Assembly: GCA_903870365.1 (NCBI GenBank)
Contig: CAIQCQ010000027.1
Span: 1-59,471 of the forward strand
Length of the DNA: 59,471 nucleotides
DNA from: an uncultured bacterium
GTDB lineage: Bacteria > Patescibacteriota > Minisyncoccia > Phycocordibacterales > DATDWN01
Direction of reading: 5' to 3'
The notes below the pieces were generated by a model, which worked only from the letters and a program-made list of their open reading frames with translations, had not been told where the DNA came from and did not search any database. Position numbers and translations under genes: made by a program. Shown here one piece after another: positions 1 to 6,966 of this stretch (the stretch's first letter is position 1; each line of letters begins with the position of its first letter).

Positions 1-97
1 CCATACTTCGAGCAATTTCTCTGTATCCATACCCTTTGTCTAACAAGATCTTGATTTCTAATCTATCGACTAACTTCAATTTTGGTTTTTTCGCCAT
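1..97 (-). mobile_element. IS30-like transposase, N-terminal HTH fragment (open at window edge)
   Basis: Reverse-strand ATG at 95-97 translates to MAKKPKLKLVDRLEIKILLDKGYGYREIARSM. This is an HTH-like pattern (L..E..I..L...G.s.REIA) typical of IS30-family N-termini. The reading frame runs off the window. Confidence 0.4.
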
Positions 98-234
98 ACA
101 AGAATGATACAACTGTCCTGATTCATTACGGAATGGATTGCACATTATCACGTGCCCTGAGAAGGGTGCAAATATCAACCAACAACACAATCCCAGTGCT
201 CAAACATTGTTGGATTCTCACAAAGGAGTGAGTC

Positions 235-981
235 ATGAAAGTTTTCACAATTTTTAATTCTCGCATTAGTGTCGGAGCCCGACTCGATTCCTTCTCGATT
301 AGTAAACCCACTGAAGAGCGAACTCTGCGACTTGGAGATTACTCAGCAAATGCCATGCTCGTTCCGATGTTCAGGAAGAACGTGCCAACCATCGAAATGG
401 GTGAAGGAAAATCTTACGGTGACATCATTACTGATGCCTATCCCGTCAAAGTGGATGGTGGCTATGCACTAGCCAAACCCAATCAGGAGAACGACGAGAT
501 TCTCGTCGTGATTCAGATGGGACGTAGAGAACGTATGGAGTACAGTAAGATCGGAACGTGGAGTTTCGACTCCAACACTGTTCCGACACCGATGGCCATC
601 AAGCAGACGCTCGCACAGGGCACTGGATCAGCCCTTTTCGAAAACGAAATTGGCTGGCACGACGCACTGGTGATCATGAAGGTGGGAGATTCTCTCACTT
701 TGCATGAACGCAATGGCGACATCGCTCGCGTAAAGTACGAGTCGGTGGAAACTGGCCTCGTGGTTGATACTCGTGTCCGGATGATCCTTCAGGATTATGA
801 TGCCGCACCGGATGGTGTCGGTACCTATACCAAGTTGAACGCGGAGTTTTCTTCTCGCAAAGCAGCTCTCGATTATCGCTCCCGTTTCTTTCGTGACATG
901 TACTGGGGTAAAATCGAGACACTCGACGGCACATTTGTTTGTGAAATCGAGGAGTATCACGATCATCAGTGCTGCGATTAG
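235..981 (+). CDS. hypothetical protein, no recognisable family; GC-richer than the rest of the window
   Basis: 248-aa ORF with AAGGAG 6 nt upstream of the ATG and an intrinsic terminator downstream. A sampled 60-nt stretch is about 52% G+C against AT-rich native genes. Confidence 0.6.
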   Translation: MKVFTIFNSRISVGARLDSFSISKPTEERTLRLGDYSANAMLVPMFRKNVPTIEMGEGKSYGDIITDAYPVKVDGGYALAKPNQENDEILVVIQMGRRERMEYSKIGTWSFDSNTVPTPMAIKQTLAQGTGSALFENEIGWHDALVIMKVGDSLTLHERNGDIARVKYESVETGLVVDTRVRMILQDYDAAPDGVGTYTKLNAEFSSRKAALDYRSRFFRDMYWGKIETLDGTFVCEIEEYHDHQCCD

Positions 982-1005
982 TTCGCCAACAGCCTCACAC
1001 AGAAA

Positions 1006-1041
1006 GCCTCACCGCTTTTCTGGGGTGAGGTTTTTCTTTTT
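1006..1041 (+). terminator. rho-independent terminator
   Basis: cctcacc (1007-1013) pairs with ggtgagg (1024-1030), followed by tttttcttttt. Confidence 0.7.
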
Positions 1042-1051
1042 ATAAAAATAA

Positions 1052-1663
1052 TTAGCCATTCTTTTTCATCATGTGTTTTGCCATGTTGTTGGCTACAAAG
1101 ATAGAAATGATGATGGTGGCAAAAACAATAATCCAACTAAAGACACCGATGGTGTTATATATAGATTGCCAATTTGCGGCAAAGAAATAGCCGACGCTCG
1201 AATAAAAAATAGTTTGGAGGATATCACCAATGATAGCGTAGAGAGCAAAGCGTTTAAAGGGCATGCGTCCGAGTCCAGCAACCATGTTGATGATGGCAGT
1301 AGCTTGGTCTTGGAAACGACTGGTGATGATAGCCAGGGCGGAGTAATTGTTCTCTGTAGTTTCGATGTGTTTGAGCGAGGTTGACTCGGCAAATCGTCCG
1401 AGGTGTAACCACCGCAGAACTTGTTTGCCGTATCTTCGTGATAGTCCATACATAGAGAGGTCTCCAAGGATATTGCCTGTGGTACCAACAATAAGGACGA
1501 TAAAAATATTTAAATATCCTTGGCTAGCAAAAGCGGCCGAGGCCACGGTACTTGACCCTGCGGGCAGTGGCACCCCCAGTGAAGATAAAAAAGCAACAAG
1601 AAACAGACCAACATATTTGTAGACGAGGAGGAAACTCAATATGTTTTGCAGAAGTGAACTCAT
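1052..1663 (-). CDS. DedA/VTT-domain membrane protein
   Basis: 203 aa and polytopic. Contains VPLPAGSS...GNILGDLSMYGLSRRYGKQ, typical of the DedA (SNARE-associated) family. Confidence 0.75.
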   Translation of the reverse strand: MSSLLQNILSFLLVYKYVGLFLVAFLSSLGVPLPAGSSTVASAAFASQGYLNIFIVLIVGTTGNILGDLSMYGLSRRYGKQVLRWLHLGRFAESTSLKHIETTENNYSALAIITSRFQDQATAIINMVAGLGRMPFKRFALYAIIGDILQTIFYSSVGYFFAANWQSIYNTIGVFSWIIVFATIIISIFVANNMAKHMMKKNG

Positions 1664-1677
1664 TGGGTGGATGCAGA

Positions 1678-2067
1678 TTAATTAGTCTTGATAGAAGGAC
1701 TTGTAAACTGGAGGACTGTCTGACGAATTTTTTCTAGTGTAGTTGCGAGATCGAGATGATTGTTTTGGACGTAGCGAGTGATGCTGATTTCTGGATATTG
1801 ACTATCGGTGATAGATAGAGAATTGGCTAAGTAATCGGGAGGCAAACTAAATGTGTAATTCACATATGAAAATGTCATCCAACTGTCTATTTGGTTTGGG
1901 CTAAAAGTTTGTTTGTGTTGGTGTGTACGATCAAAACCACGAGTTGGTCGGAGCTCACCTGTTGCGTAGAGGCGATCGAGGTCGATGATAAACCACAAAA
2001 ACAGACACAGACTGATACCAAGTAAGATGACGACGAGGGTATACCAAAAACGTTTGTGTGTGTGCAT
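1678..2067 (-). CDS. hypothetical membrane-anchored protein
   Basis: I chose the start at MHTHKRFWYTLVVILLG (cat at 2065-2067) so it does not overlap the upstream gene. There is one N-terminal TM helix and no family match. Confidence 0.5.
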   Translation of the reverse strand: MHTHKRFWYTLVVILLGISLCLFLWFIIDLDRLYATGELRPTRGFDRTHQHKQTFSPNQIDSWMTFSYVNYTFSLPPDYLANSLSITDSQYPEISITRYVQNNHLDLATTLEKIRQTVLQFTSPSIKTN

Positions 2068-2074
2068 ATATAAA

Positions 2075-2695
2075 TTAAGTTGTTTTTCTCCTGTACATAA
2101 TGTGAATAAAAATAATAGAACTCGCAATGGCGGCAAAGAAACACCAGACAGAAGTAAAAGCCACAGTGTAAAACAGCCAGGAAATATATGCCAAGCCGGC
2201 GGTCAAGACACCAAACCGACGAAAGATTTTATTATCAGATGCAAAGAGTGAGCCAAAAATAGCGATGAGGTATGGCACGACAATTAAGTTTTCAAAAGGA
2301 AAGTTAAACGTGTAGCTGACACATGAGCGCATTTCACTGACCACCAAAGTCTCGGTCAATAACAGTCGGAGGAAGTACGCCGCCACACCAACACCAAGAA
2401 AGATAAACCACATGACGATTTTTCTTTTTTCTTTGTCGAGGATATAGACCAATGTCGGGACATATATAGGCCAGACAATAAAAGCAAAAAAGAGAAAAGC
2501 ATAACCCGCCGTGGGTGAAGTGGTGCCGTGGTTTAATGCAATCCATTGGAAGCCCTCAATACCTTGTTGAGCAGCAAAGAGGAGTGGCACAGTAGCCAGG
2601 ATCTTGTCGTGCTTTTTTGCCATGACAAGAGTCGACCCGCCAAGGACGGCGAGACCTCCACTGGCTATAAAACTAGCAGGAGCAGAAAAACACAT
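2075..2695 (-). CDS. hypothetical polytopic membrane protein
   Basis: 206-aa ORF with about 6 hydrophobic helices and no motif I can name. Confidence 0.6.
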   Translation of the reverse strand: MCFSAPASFIASGGLAVLGGSTLVMAKKHDKILATVPLLFAAQQGIEGFQWIALNHGTTSPTAGYAFLFFAFIVWPIYVPTLVYILDKEKRKIVMWFIFLGVGVAAYFLRLLLTETLVVSEMRSCVSYTFNFPFENLIVVPYLIAIFGSLFASDNKIFRRFGVLTAGLAYISWLFYTVAFTSVWCFFAAIASSIIFIHIMYRRKTT

Positions 2696-2773
2696 GTAAA
2701 TAGTATAGCATTTTTAGATAAGAGGTCATCAGGTGGTGGTAGTATATTTGTATATTGGGTACAATATACAAAT

Positions 2774-3166
2774 ATGGAAGATGTCATGATGAATCCAATA
2801 GTTACAGCACCCGATAGCTTTGCTCTATGTCCCGTGTGTCATCAATCAGTGTTACCACAGTATTATTTTTGTCCAAACTGTGGCAAGAAATTACACGAGG
2901 CACCCCTTCAGACAGATATGACTGCTCAGATAAAACTCTATGCCTTTAGTATAGTTTTGCCGATGATATGTTTTCTGTATGTTACTCGGTGGCAAGGAGT
3001 ACGGTATTTTAAATCAAAAGATGAAAAGGCACACCAGATAGGAGAAATTGCTTGGGCGTTGTTGTTATTATCAACAGTGTGTATTATCTGGTTTACCGTG
3101 GTCTGGGTTCAAGACTATATTCAACAGACAGTGAGCTCTATTAATTCAGATTTTAGTGGGATGTAA
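2774..3166 (+). CDS. zinc-ribbon membrane protein
   Basis: Start taken at MEDVMMNP. CPVC-x13-CPNC forms a zinc ribbon, followed by two TM helices. Confidence 0.6.
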   Translation: MEDVMMNPIVTAPDSFALCPVCHQSVLPQYYFCPNCGKKLHEAPLQTDMTAQIKLYAFSIVLPMICFLYVTRWQGVRYFKSKDEKAHQIGEIAWALLLLSTVCIIWFTVVWVQDYIQQTVSSINSDFSGM

Positions 3167-3190
3167 ATAATATTGTGTTTTTTATACGTA

Positions 3191-3199
3191 TGATATAAT
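3191..3199 (+). promoter_or_regulatory. extended -10 element (TGaTATAAT)
   Basis: tgatataat at 3191-3199, about 30 nt upstream of the small ORF. Confidence 0.4.
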
Positions 3200-3228
3200 T
3201 TGTGTATTAGTATTTAATATAAATTCAT

Positions 3229-3285
3229 ATGGCAAAAGGAGACGGACATAAAAAAGAAAAGAAGAAACCAAAGAAAGCAAAATAA
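3229..3285 (+). CDS. putative 18-aa lysine-rich small protein (MAKGDGHKKEKKKPKKAK)
   Basis: ATG at 3229 and TAA at 3283-3285. The ORF sits between an extended -10 element and a strong terminator. It is too short for the supplied ORF track. Confidence 0.3.
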   Translation: MAKGDGHKKEKKKPKKAK

Positions 3286-3293
3286 CTATAAGA

Positions 3294-3328
3294 AAACATG
3301 TGACGAATTCCGGTCACATGTTTTTTTG
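3294..3328 (+). terminator. rho-independent terminator
   Basis: acatgtgac (3296-3304) pairs with gtcacatgt (3313-3321), followed by a T7 run. Confidence 0.75.
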
Positions 3329-3341
3329 ATATACTAAATGT

Positions 3342-3863
3342 ATGAAAAAATATATTCTTATTGTGGCAGGAGTTTTTCTGTGTGTTGGAGTGGGTTTGTT
3401 TTTTGCGACACAACACACGAGAAAAATACCAGTAACCGCGTGTACTCAGGAAGCAAAGATTTGTCCTGATGGAAGTACTGTGGGACGAACAGGACCAGAT
3501 TGTCAGTTCGCTCGTTGTCCCCTGGTAGCAACATCGACAAATGTAGTGGCGACGCATCAAAAAGGGTATTTGATTGGATATGTGACATTGTCGCCAACCT
3601 GTCCCGTGGAACATACACCACCAGACCCAGCTTGTGCACCAGAACCATATGCACCATTGATTGATATCAGTGGAAGTCATAATTTTTTTATAGAACTGCA
3701 TGCAAATATGGAAGGTGTATTTCAGTTGCCTTTAGTCGCAGGAATATATACTATTTTGCCACATATTAATTCACTATATCCAAATTGTCCGTCAAAGACG
3801 GTGACGTTGAGTGCGGGAGCGACTACCACAGTAGATATTATGTGTGATACCGGTATAAGGTAG
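3342..3863 (+). CDS. membrane-anchored extracytoplasmic protein with Cys motif
   Basis: N-terminal TM/signal anchor, then CTQEAKICPDGSTVGRTGPDCQFARCP (four Cys). Confidence 0.6.
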   Translation: MKKYILIVAGVFLCVGVGLFFATQHTRKIPVTACTQEAKICPDGSTVGRTGPDCQFARCPLVATSTNVVATHQKGYLIGYVTLSPTCPVEHTPPDPACAPEPYAPLIDISGSHNFFIELHANMEGVFQLPLVAGIYTILPHINSLYPNCPSKTVTLSAGATTTVDIMCDTGIR

Positions 3864-3949
3864 GGAATTGAATAAGAAGTACGATATATGAATTACGAAC
3901 AAGAAGGATAAAGACAGGATGTTGAATCTAGAAGTTTGAATCTCGAAAC

Positions 3950-4282
3950 ATGACAAAAAAATTACAAGAAAAATATTTTGTCTATATGGTGAAGTGCGCG
4001 GATCAAACACTCTATACCGGTCTGACCAATGATATTGAGAAACGAGTAGTGGCACACAATACAGGTACGACTGGTGCAAAGTATACGAGAGGACGTCGAC
4101 CCGTGATGGTAGTGTATATCGAGCAGTGTGAGACAAAAAGTGATGCATTGAAGAGAGAATGTGTGGTCAAGAAACTGACCAGGAAAGAAAAGATTTTTCT
4201 CTGTCATTCCCGCGAAAGCGGGAATCCAGAGCGTACAGATAACGTGGAGATATATCCTAGATTCCCGTCTGCACGGGAATGA
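3950..4282 (+). CDS. GIY-YIG nuclease family protein (UPF0213-like); 3' end reads through palindromic repeats
   Basis: YFVYMVKC...LYTG.TNDIEKRVVAHN...GAKYTRGRRP...ALKRE is a GIY-YIG signature. The last ~25 codons are encoded by the GTCATTCC-type repeats at 4203-4283. Confidence 0.75.
   Translation: MTKKLQEKYFVYMVKCADQTLYTGLTNDIEKRVVAHNTGTTGAKYTRGRRPVMVVYIEQCETKSDALKRECVVKKLTRKEKIFLCHSRESGNPERTDNVEIYPRFPSARE
4203..4226. repeat. GTCATTCC palindromic repeat unit
   Basis: gtcattcccgcgaaagcgggaatc is a perfect hairpin: cattcccgc/gcgggaatg-like arms. Confidence 0.8.
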
Positions 4283-4283
4283 C
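4260..4283. repeat. GTCATTCC palindromic repeat unit (inverted orientation)
   Basis: gattcccgtctgcacgggaatgac. Confidence 0.8.
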
Positions 4284-4311
4284 GAAGTAAATAATGTGGT
4301 ATCATATCTAC

Positions 4312-4809
4312 ATGGCTGAAAATACAGATCTCTATTTACGTAATATTATCTTTGGTATGAGCGACAGTTTGGTTTCGACCATCGGTCTGCTTTCTGGTAT
4401 TGATGCCAGTGGGGTCAATCATCAATCCATTATTGCTACGGGTATTATCTATGCGTTTGTGGCCGCTTTTTCTATGGCGGTAGGTAGTTTTCTTTCTGAA
4501 CAGAGTGCTGAGCAGTACAAGACTCGTGGAGAAGTGGTCAATACTCGGGCACTGACCGGGGCAGTCATTATGTTTGTGTCATTTGTTGGAGCAACATTTA
4601 TACCGATGATTCCGTATCTCGTATCCAATTCAGAGCTTGATTTGATCTTTTCCATTCTCCTGGCTATCGTTTCACTTTTTGTGGTCGGAGCTATTTCTGC
4701 TCGTATGTCCGGTGTTTCAATCATTAAACATGGTTTTAGTATGGCAGGACTCGGTGGTCTCGCAATCATTATTGGAGTATTAGTTGGAAAGTTTGTACGG
4801 GTTGTCTAG
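4312..4809 (+). CDS. VIT1/CCC1-family iron/manganese transporter
   Basis: LRNIIFGMSDSLVSTIGLLSGI plus five TM helices. Start taken at MAENT (ATG 4312). Confidence 0.7.
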   Translation: MAENTDLYLRNIIFGMSDSLVSTIGLLSGIDASGVNHQSIIATGIIYAFVAAFSMAVGSFLSEQSAEQYKTRGEVVNTRALTGAVIMFVSFVGATFIPMIPYLVSNSELDLIFSILLAIVSLFVVGAISARMSGVSIIKHGFSMAGLGGLAIIIGVLVGKFVRVV

Positions 4810-4937
4810 TTCTGTGCGTGGTTTGCTTGTGGTATCTTATTTGACATATAATAGCGTTTCGTGTATGGTAGCCAAGGTTTAGTTCAAACCTGAAGTACCC
4901 CGGAAAAAGCGGGTAAATCAATCAGGAGTAGTAACTA

Positions 4938-5138
4938 ATGAAAAACGTGTTATTTCTGGCCATGGCAGTTGCCATGGCGATGATGTCCGCCTCCGCTGGG
5001 ACGATGACTCGTCCCAGTGTCTCTGAAAAGGGCGGTGTCTTCCGCTCGATTCCGCCGCCGGACTGCTTGTCCCACGACGGGACCTGCCCGTGGCCTTTTG
5101 GCGACGGGTCCTGCTGCCGCGCCCGCGCGAAGAAGTAA
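4938..5138 (+). CDS. small secreted cysteine-rich peptide (66 aa), GC-rich
   Basis: AGGAG lies 11 nt upstream. Signal peptide MKNVLFLAMAVAMAMMSASA is followed by a mature part with 4 Cys (C-x7-C-x9-CC). My hand count gives 124/201 G+C. Hairpins follow the stop codon. Confidence 0.55.
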   Translation: MKNVLFLAMAVAMAMMSASAGTMTRPSVSEKGGVFRSIPPPDCLSHDGTCPWPFGDGSCCRARAKK

Positions 5139-5145
5139 AAGCTAG

Positions 5146-5179
5146 CCCAGTCTCATGTGCAACATGACATGAGACTGGG
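5146..5179 (+). other. 12-bp perfect GC-rich hairpin (no T-run)
   Basis: cccagtctcatg (5146-5157) pairs with catgagactggg (5168-5179). Confidence 0.7.
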
Positions 5180-5190
5180 CAGTCTCTGTG

Positions 5191-5224
5191 CCCAACAAGT
5201 TTGTAACTTTGTTGGTTTTTTTGT
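5191..5224 (+). terminator. rho-independent terminator
   Basis: ccaacaag pairs with tttgttgg, followed by a T8 run. Confidence 0.7.
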
Positions 5225-5237
5225 GTAAAAAAATAAT

Positions 5238-5266
5238 TTGACAAAAAAGGTCTTTTGGTATATTAT
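5238..5266 (+). promoter_or_regulatory. sigma70-type promoter (TTGACA-17-TATTAT)
   Basis: TTGACA at 5238-5243, a 17-nt spacer, and TATTAT at 5261-5266. This implies a leader of about 145 nt before the helicase ATG. Confidence 0.65.
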
Positions 5267-5418
5267 GTATGGGTAACTCAATATCTCATTAGTTTTTCGA
5301 GGGATTGTATCCCACGCAACTTTAGCCCCAGACACGTTCTGATTGGCTCTACTAAAACTTTCGGGACACTATCGTCTTTCAATTCAGAAACCGATTTAAC
5401 CTAGGGTTACCGAAAAAT

Positions 5419-6765
5419 ATGTATTCAAAACAACCATCTCCTCGAGGGAGATCTTCGTCTTCGTACGCACCTGCGTCACGGGGAACGTTTAACAGAAATG
5501 ATAGGGGATCTGGAAGCTACGGTAGTCGAACTACTGGAGCACCAAGTCGTCCATCGTACGGCAGTGCACCACGCAATTCTGCCTATTCACCAGCCCATCG
5601 TGGTCCTACCTACGGTAGTCGTCCTGTACAGCGCCGCAGTAATTTTGGTCGTGGTGGAGGAAGCTACATCAACCCAGAACGTTTTATCAATAAAGCTAAG
5701 CCCGTGGTGGCCACAGAGGCATTTATTCCTGAACATAAATTCGCTGATTTTGACGTAGTTCCAGAACTCAAAACAGCTATCATTACCAAAGGATACGTTA
5801 ATCCAACACCTATTCAGGATAAATCAATTCCACATGTGTTGACTGGTGTTGATGTCCTTGGTATTGCAAACACAGGTACTGGTAAGACCGCAGCATTCCT
5901 CATCCCACTTATAAACAAAGTCTTGTTAAATCGTGAGGAGCAGATCCTTATTGTCGTGCCGACTCGTGAACTCGCTATCCAGATTGAACAGGAACTAAAA
6001 GGTTTTACTGTTGGTATGAAAATATATTCTGTTTGTTGTGTCGGTGGTACGGGTATCGGTCCACAGATTCGTGAGCTGAAATACCGCAATGAATTTGTTA
6101 TTGGTACACCGGGACGACTAAAAGATTTGATCGATCGTAAAATGATTGATTTGAAAAAATTCAACACGCTCGTGCTCGATGAAGCAGATCGTATGCTCGA
6201 CATGGGATTTGTCAATGATATGCGCTACTTGGCTCAAAATATGCCAAAAGAACATCAGACACTTTTCTTTTCAGCGACACTGTCTCCAGAAATTGAAAAA
6301 TTATCAGCCGAGTTTTTGCGTACGCCTGTACGTATTTCAGTGAAGACTCAAGATACCTCTGCAAGTGTTGACCAAGATGTCGTACGTGTTGGCCGTGGTG
6401 GAGACAAGATTGAAGTGTTACAAAATCTTTTAAGACAAGACCATTTCGGTAAAGTCCTTATCTTTGGACGAACAAAGCACGGTGTAGAGAAACTTTCTCA
6501 AACATTGGTCCAGAGTGGTTTCAAAGCCGAATCTATTCATGGTAATAAAAATCACACTGGTCGCCAACGAGCGCTCGGTAAGTTTAAAGACAATCATAGT
6601 CAGATCCTTGTTGCGACCGATGTGGCTGCCCGAGGACTGGATATTGCTGATGTGACGCATGTTATCAACTTTGATTTACCTGCGACATATGACGACTATG
6701 TACATCGTATTGGACGAACGGGGAGAGGGGGGAAGACTGGTGTTGCCCTCACCTTCGTCGAATAG
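5419..6765 (+). CDS. DEAD-box ATP-dependent RNA helicase with ~90-aa Arg/Ser/Gly-rich N-terminal tail
   Basis: Motifs ANTGTGKTAAF, PTRELA, TPGR, DEAD, SAT, ARGLDI and HRIGRTGRGG. Confidence 0.95.
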   Translation: MYSKQPSPRGRSSSSYAPASRGTFNRNDRGSGSYGSRTTGAPSRPSYGSAPRNSAYSPAHRGPTYGSRPVQRRSNFGRGGGSYINPERFINKAKPVVATEAFIPEHKFADFDVVPELKTAIITKGYVNPTPIQDKSIPHVLTGVDVLGIANTGTGKTAAFLIPLINKVLLNREEQILIVVPTRELAIQIEQELKGFTVGMKIYSVCCVGGTGIGPQIRELKYRNEFVIGTPGRLKDLIDRKMIDLKKFNTLVLDEADRMLDMGFVNDMRYLAQNMPKEHQTLFFSATLSPEIEKLSAEFLRTPVRISVKTQDTSASVDQDVVRVGRGGDKIEVLQNLLRQDHFGKVLIFGRTKHGVEKLSQTLVQSGFKAESIHGNKNHTGRQRALGKFKDNHSQILVATDVAARGLDIADVTHVINFDLPATYDDYVHRIGRTGRGGKTGVALTFVE

Positions 6766-6767
6766 GT

Positions 6768-6890
6768 AAAACCTCCAAATTTCACCAATCTCATCTTCTA
6801 AAATTTAAAAATAATCCTCACCTTACGATTCAGTAAGGCTCGTCTCATTTTAAAATTTTATAAGCGATCTTGGCGAAATTGTGAAGGTTT
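6768..6890. repeat. post-stop palindromic element, copy E1
   Basis: Starts 3 nt after the helicase stop codon. It forms a long imperfect hairpin (aaacctccaaattt...aaattgtgaaggttt). It shares the box caatctcatcttctaaaat with copies at 48113 and 48804. Confidence 0.6.
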
Positions 6891-6912
6891 CAGGAAACTA
6901 ACTGTATTAAAA

Positions 6913-6941
6913 ACATCTTCTTAAAAGGAAGGTGTTTTTTG
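6913..6941 (+). terminator. rho-independent terminator
   Basis: acatcttc pairs with ggaaggtgt, followed by a T6 run. Confidence 0.65.
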
Positions 6942-6966
6942 TATAGTGATATGGTATTGTAGGCAC

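Noticed and set aside
126-966. Five overlapping ORFs (126-311, 269-472, 513-722, 628-966, 695-934) on both strands around the 235-981 gene.
   Set aside because: All are contained in or overlap the longer 248-aa frame, which has the ribosome-binding site and terminator. Extra open frames like these are expected in GC-richer DNA.
3225-3701. 158-aa and 99-aa minus-strand ORFs overlapping the 3342-3863 gene and the small-ORF unit.
   Set aside because: They are Cys/Trp-rich with implausible composition. They run antisense to a gene with a clear signal anchor, and they cross a terminator hairpin.
4283-4311. Possible metal riboswitch (yybP-ykoY type) ahead of the VIT1-family transporter.
   Set aside because: The spacer is under 30 nt and is occupied by a palindromic repeat unit. 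There is no room for such a riboswitch.
4918-5244. 108-aa Arg/Ser-rich minus-strand ORF antisense to the Cys-rich peptide gene.
   Set aside because: It has no ribosome-binding site, and its composition (poly R/S/G) is typical of antisense translation of GC-rich DNA. The plus-strand frame has an SD motif, a signal peptide and correctly oriented terminators.
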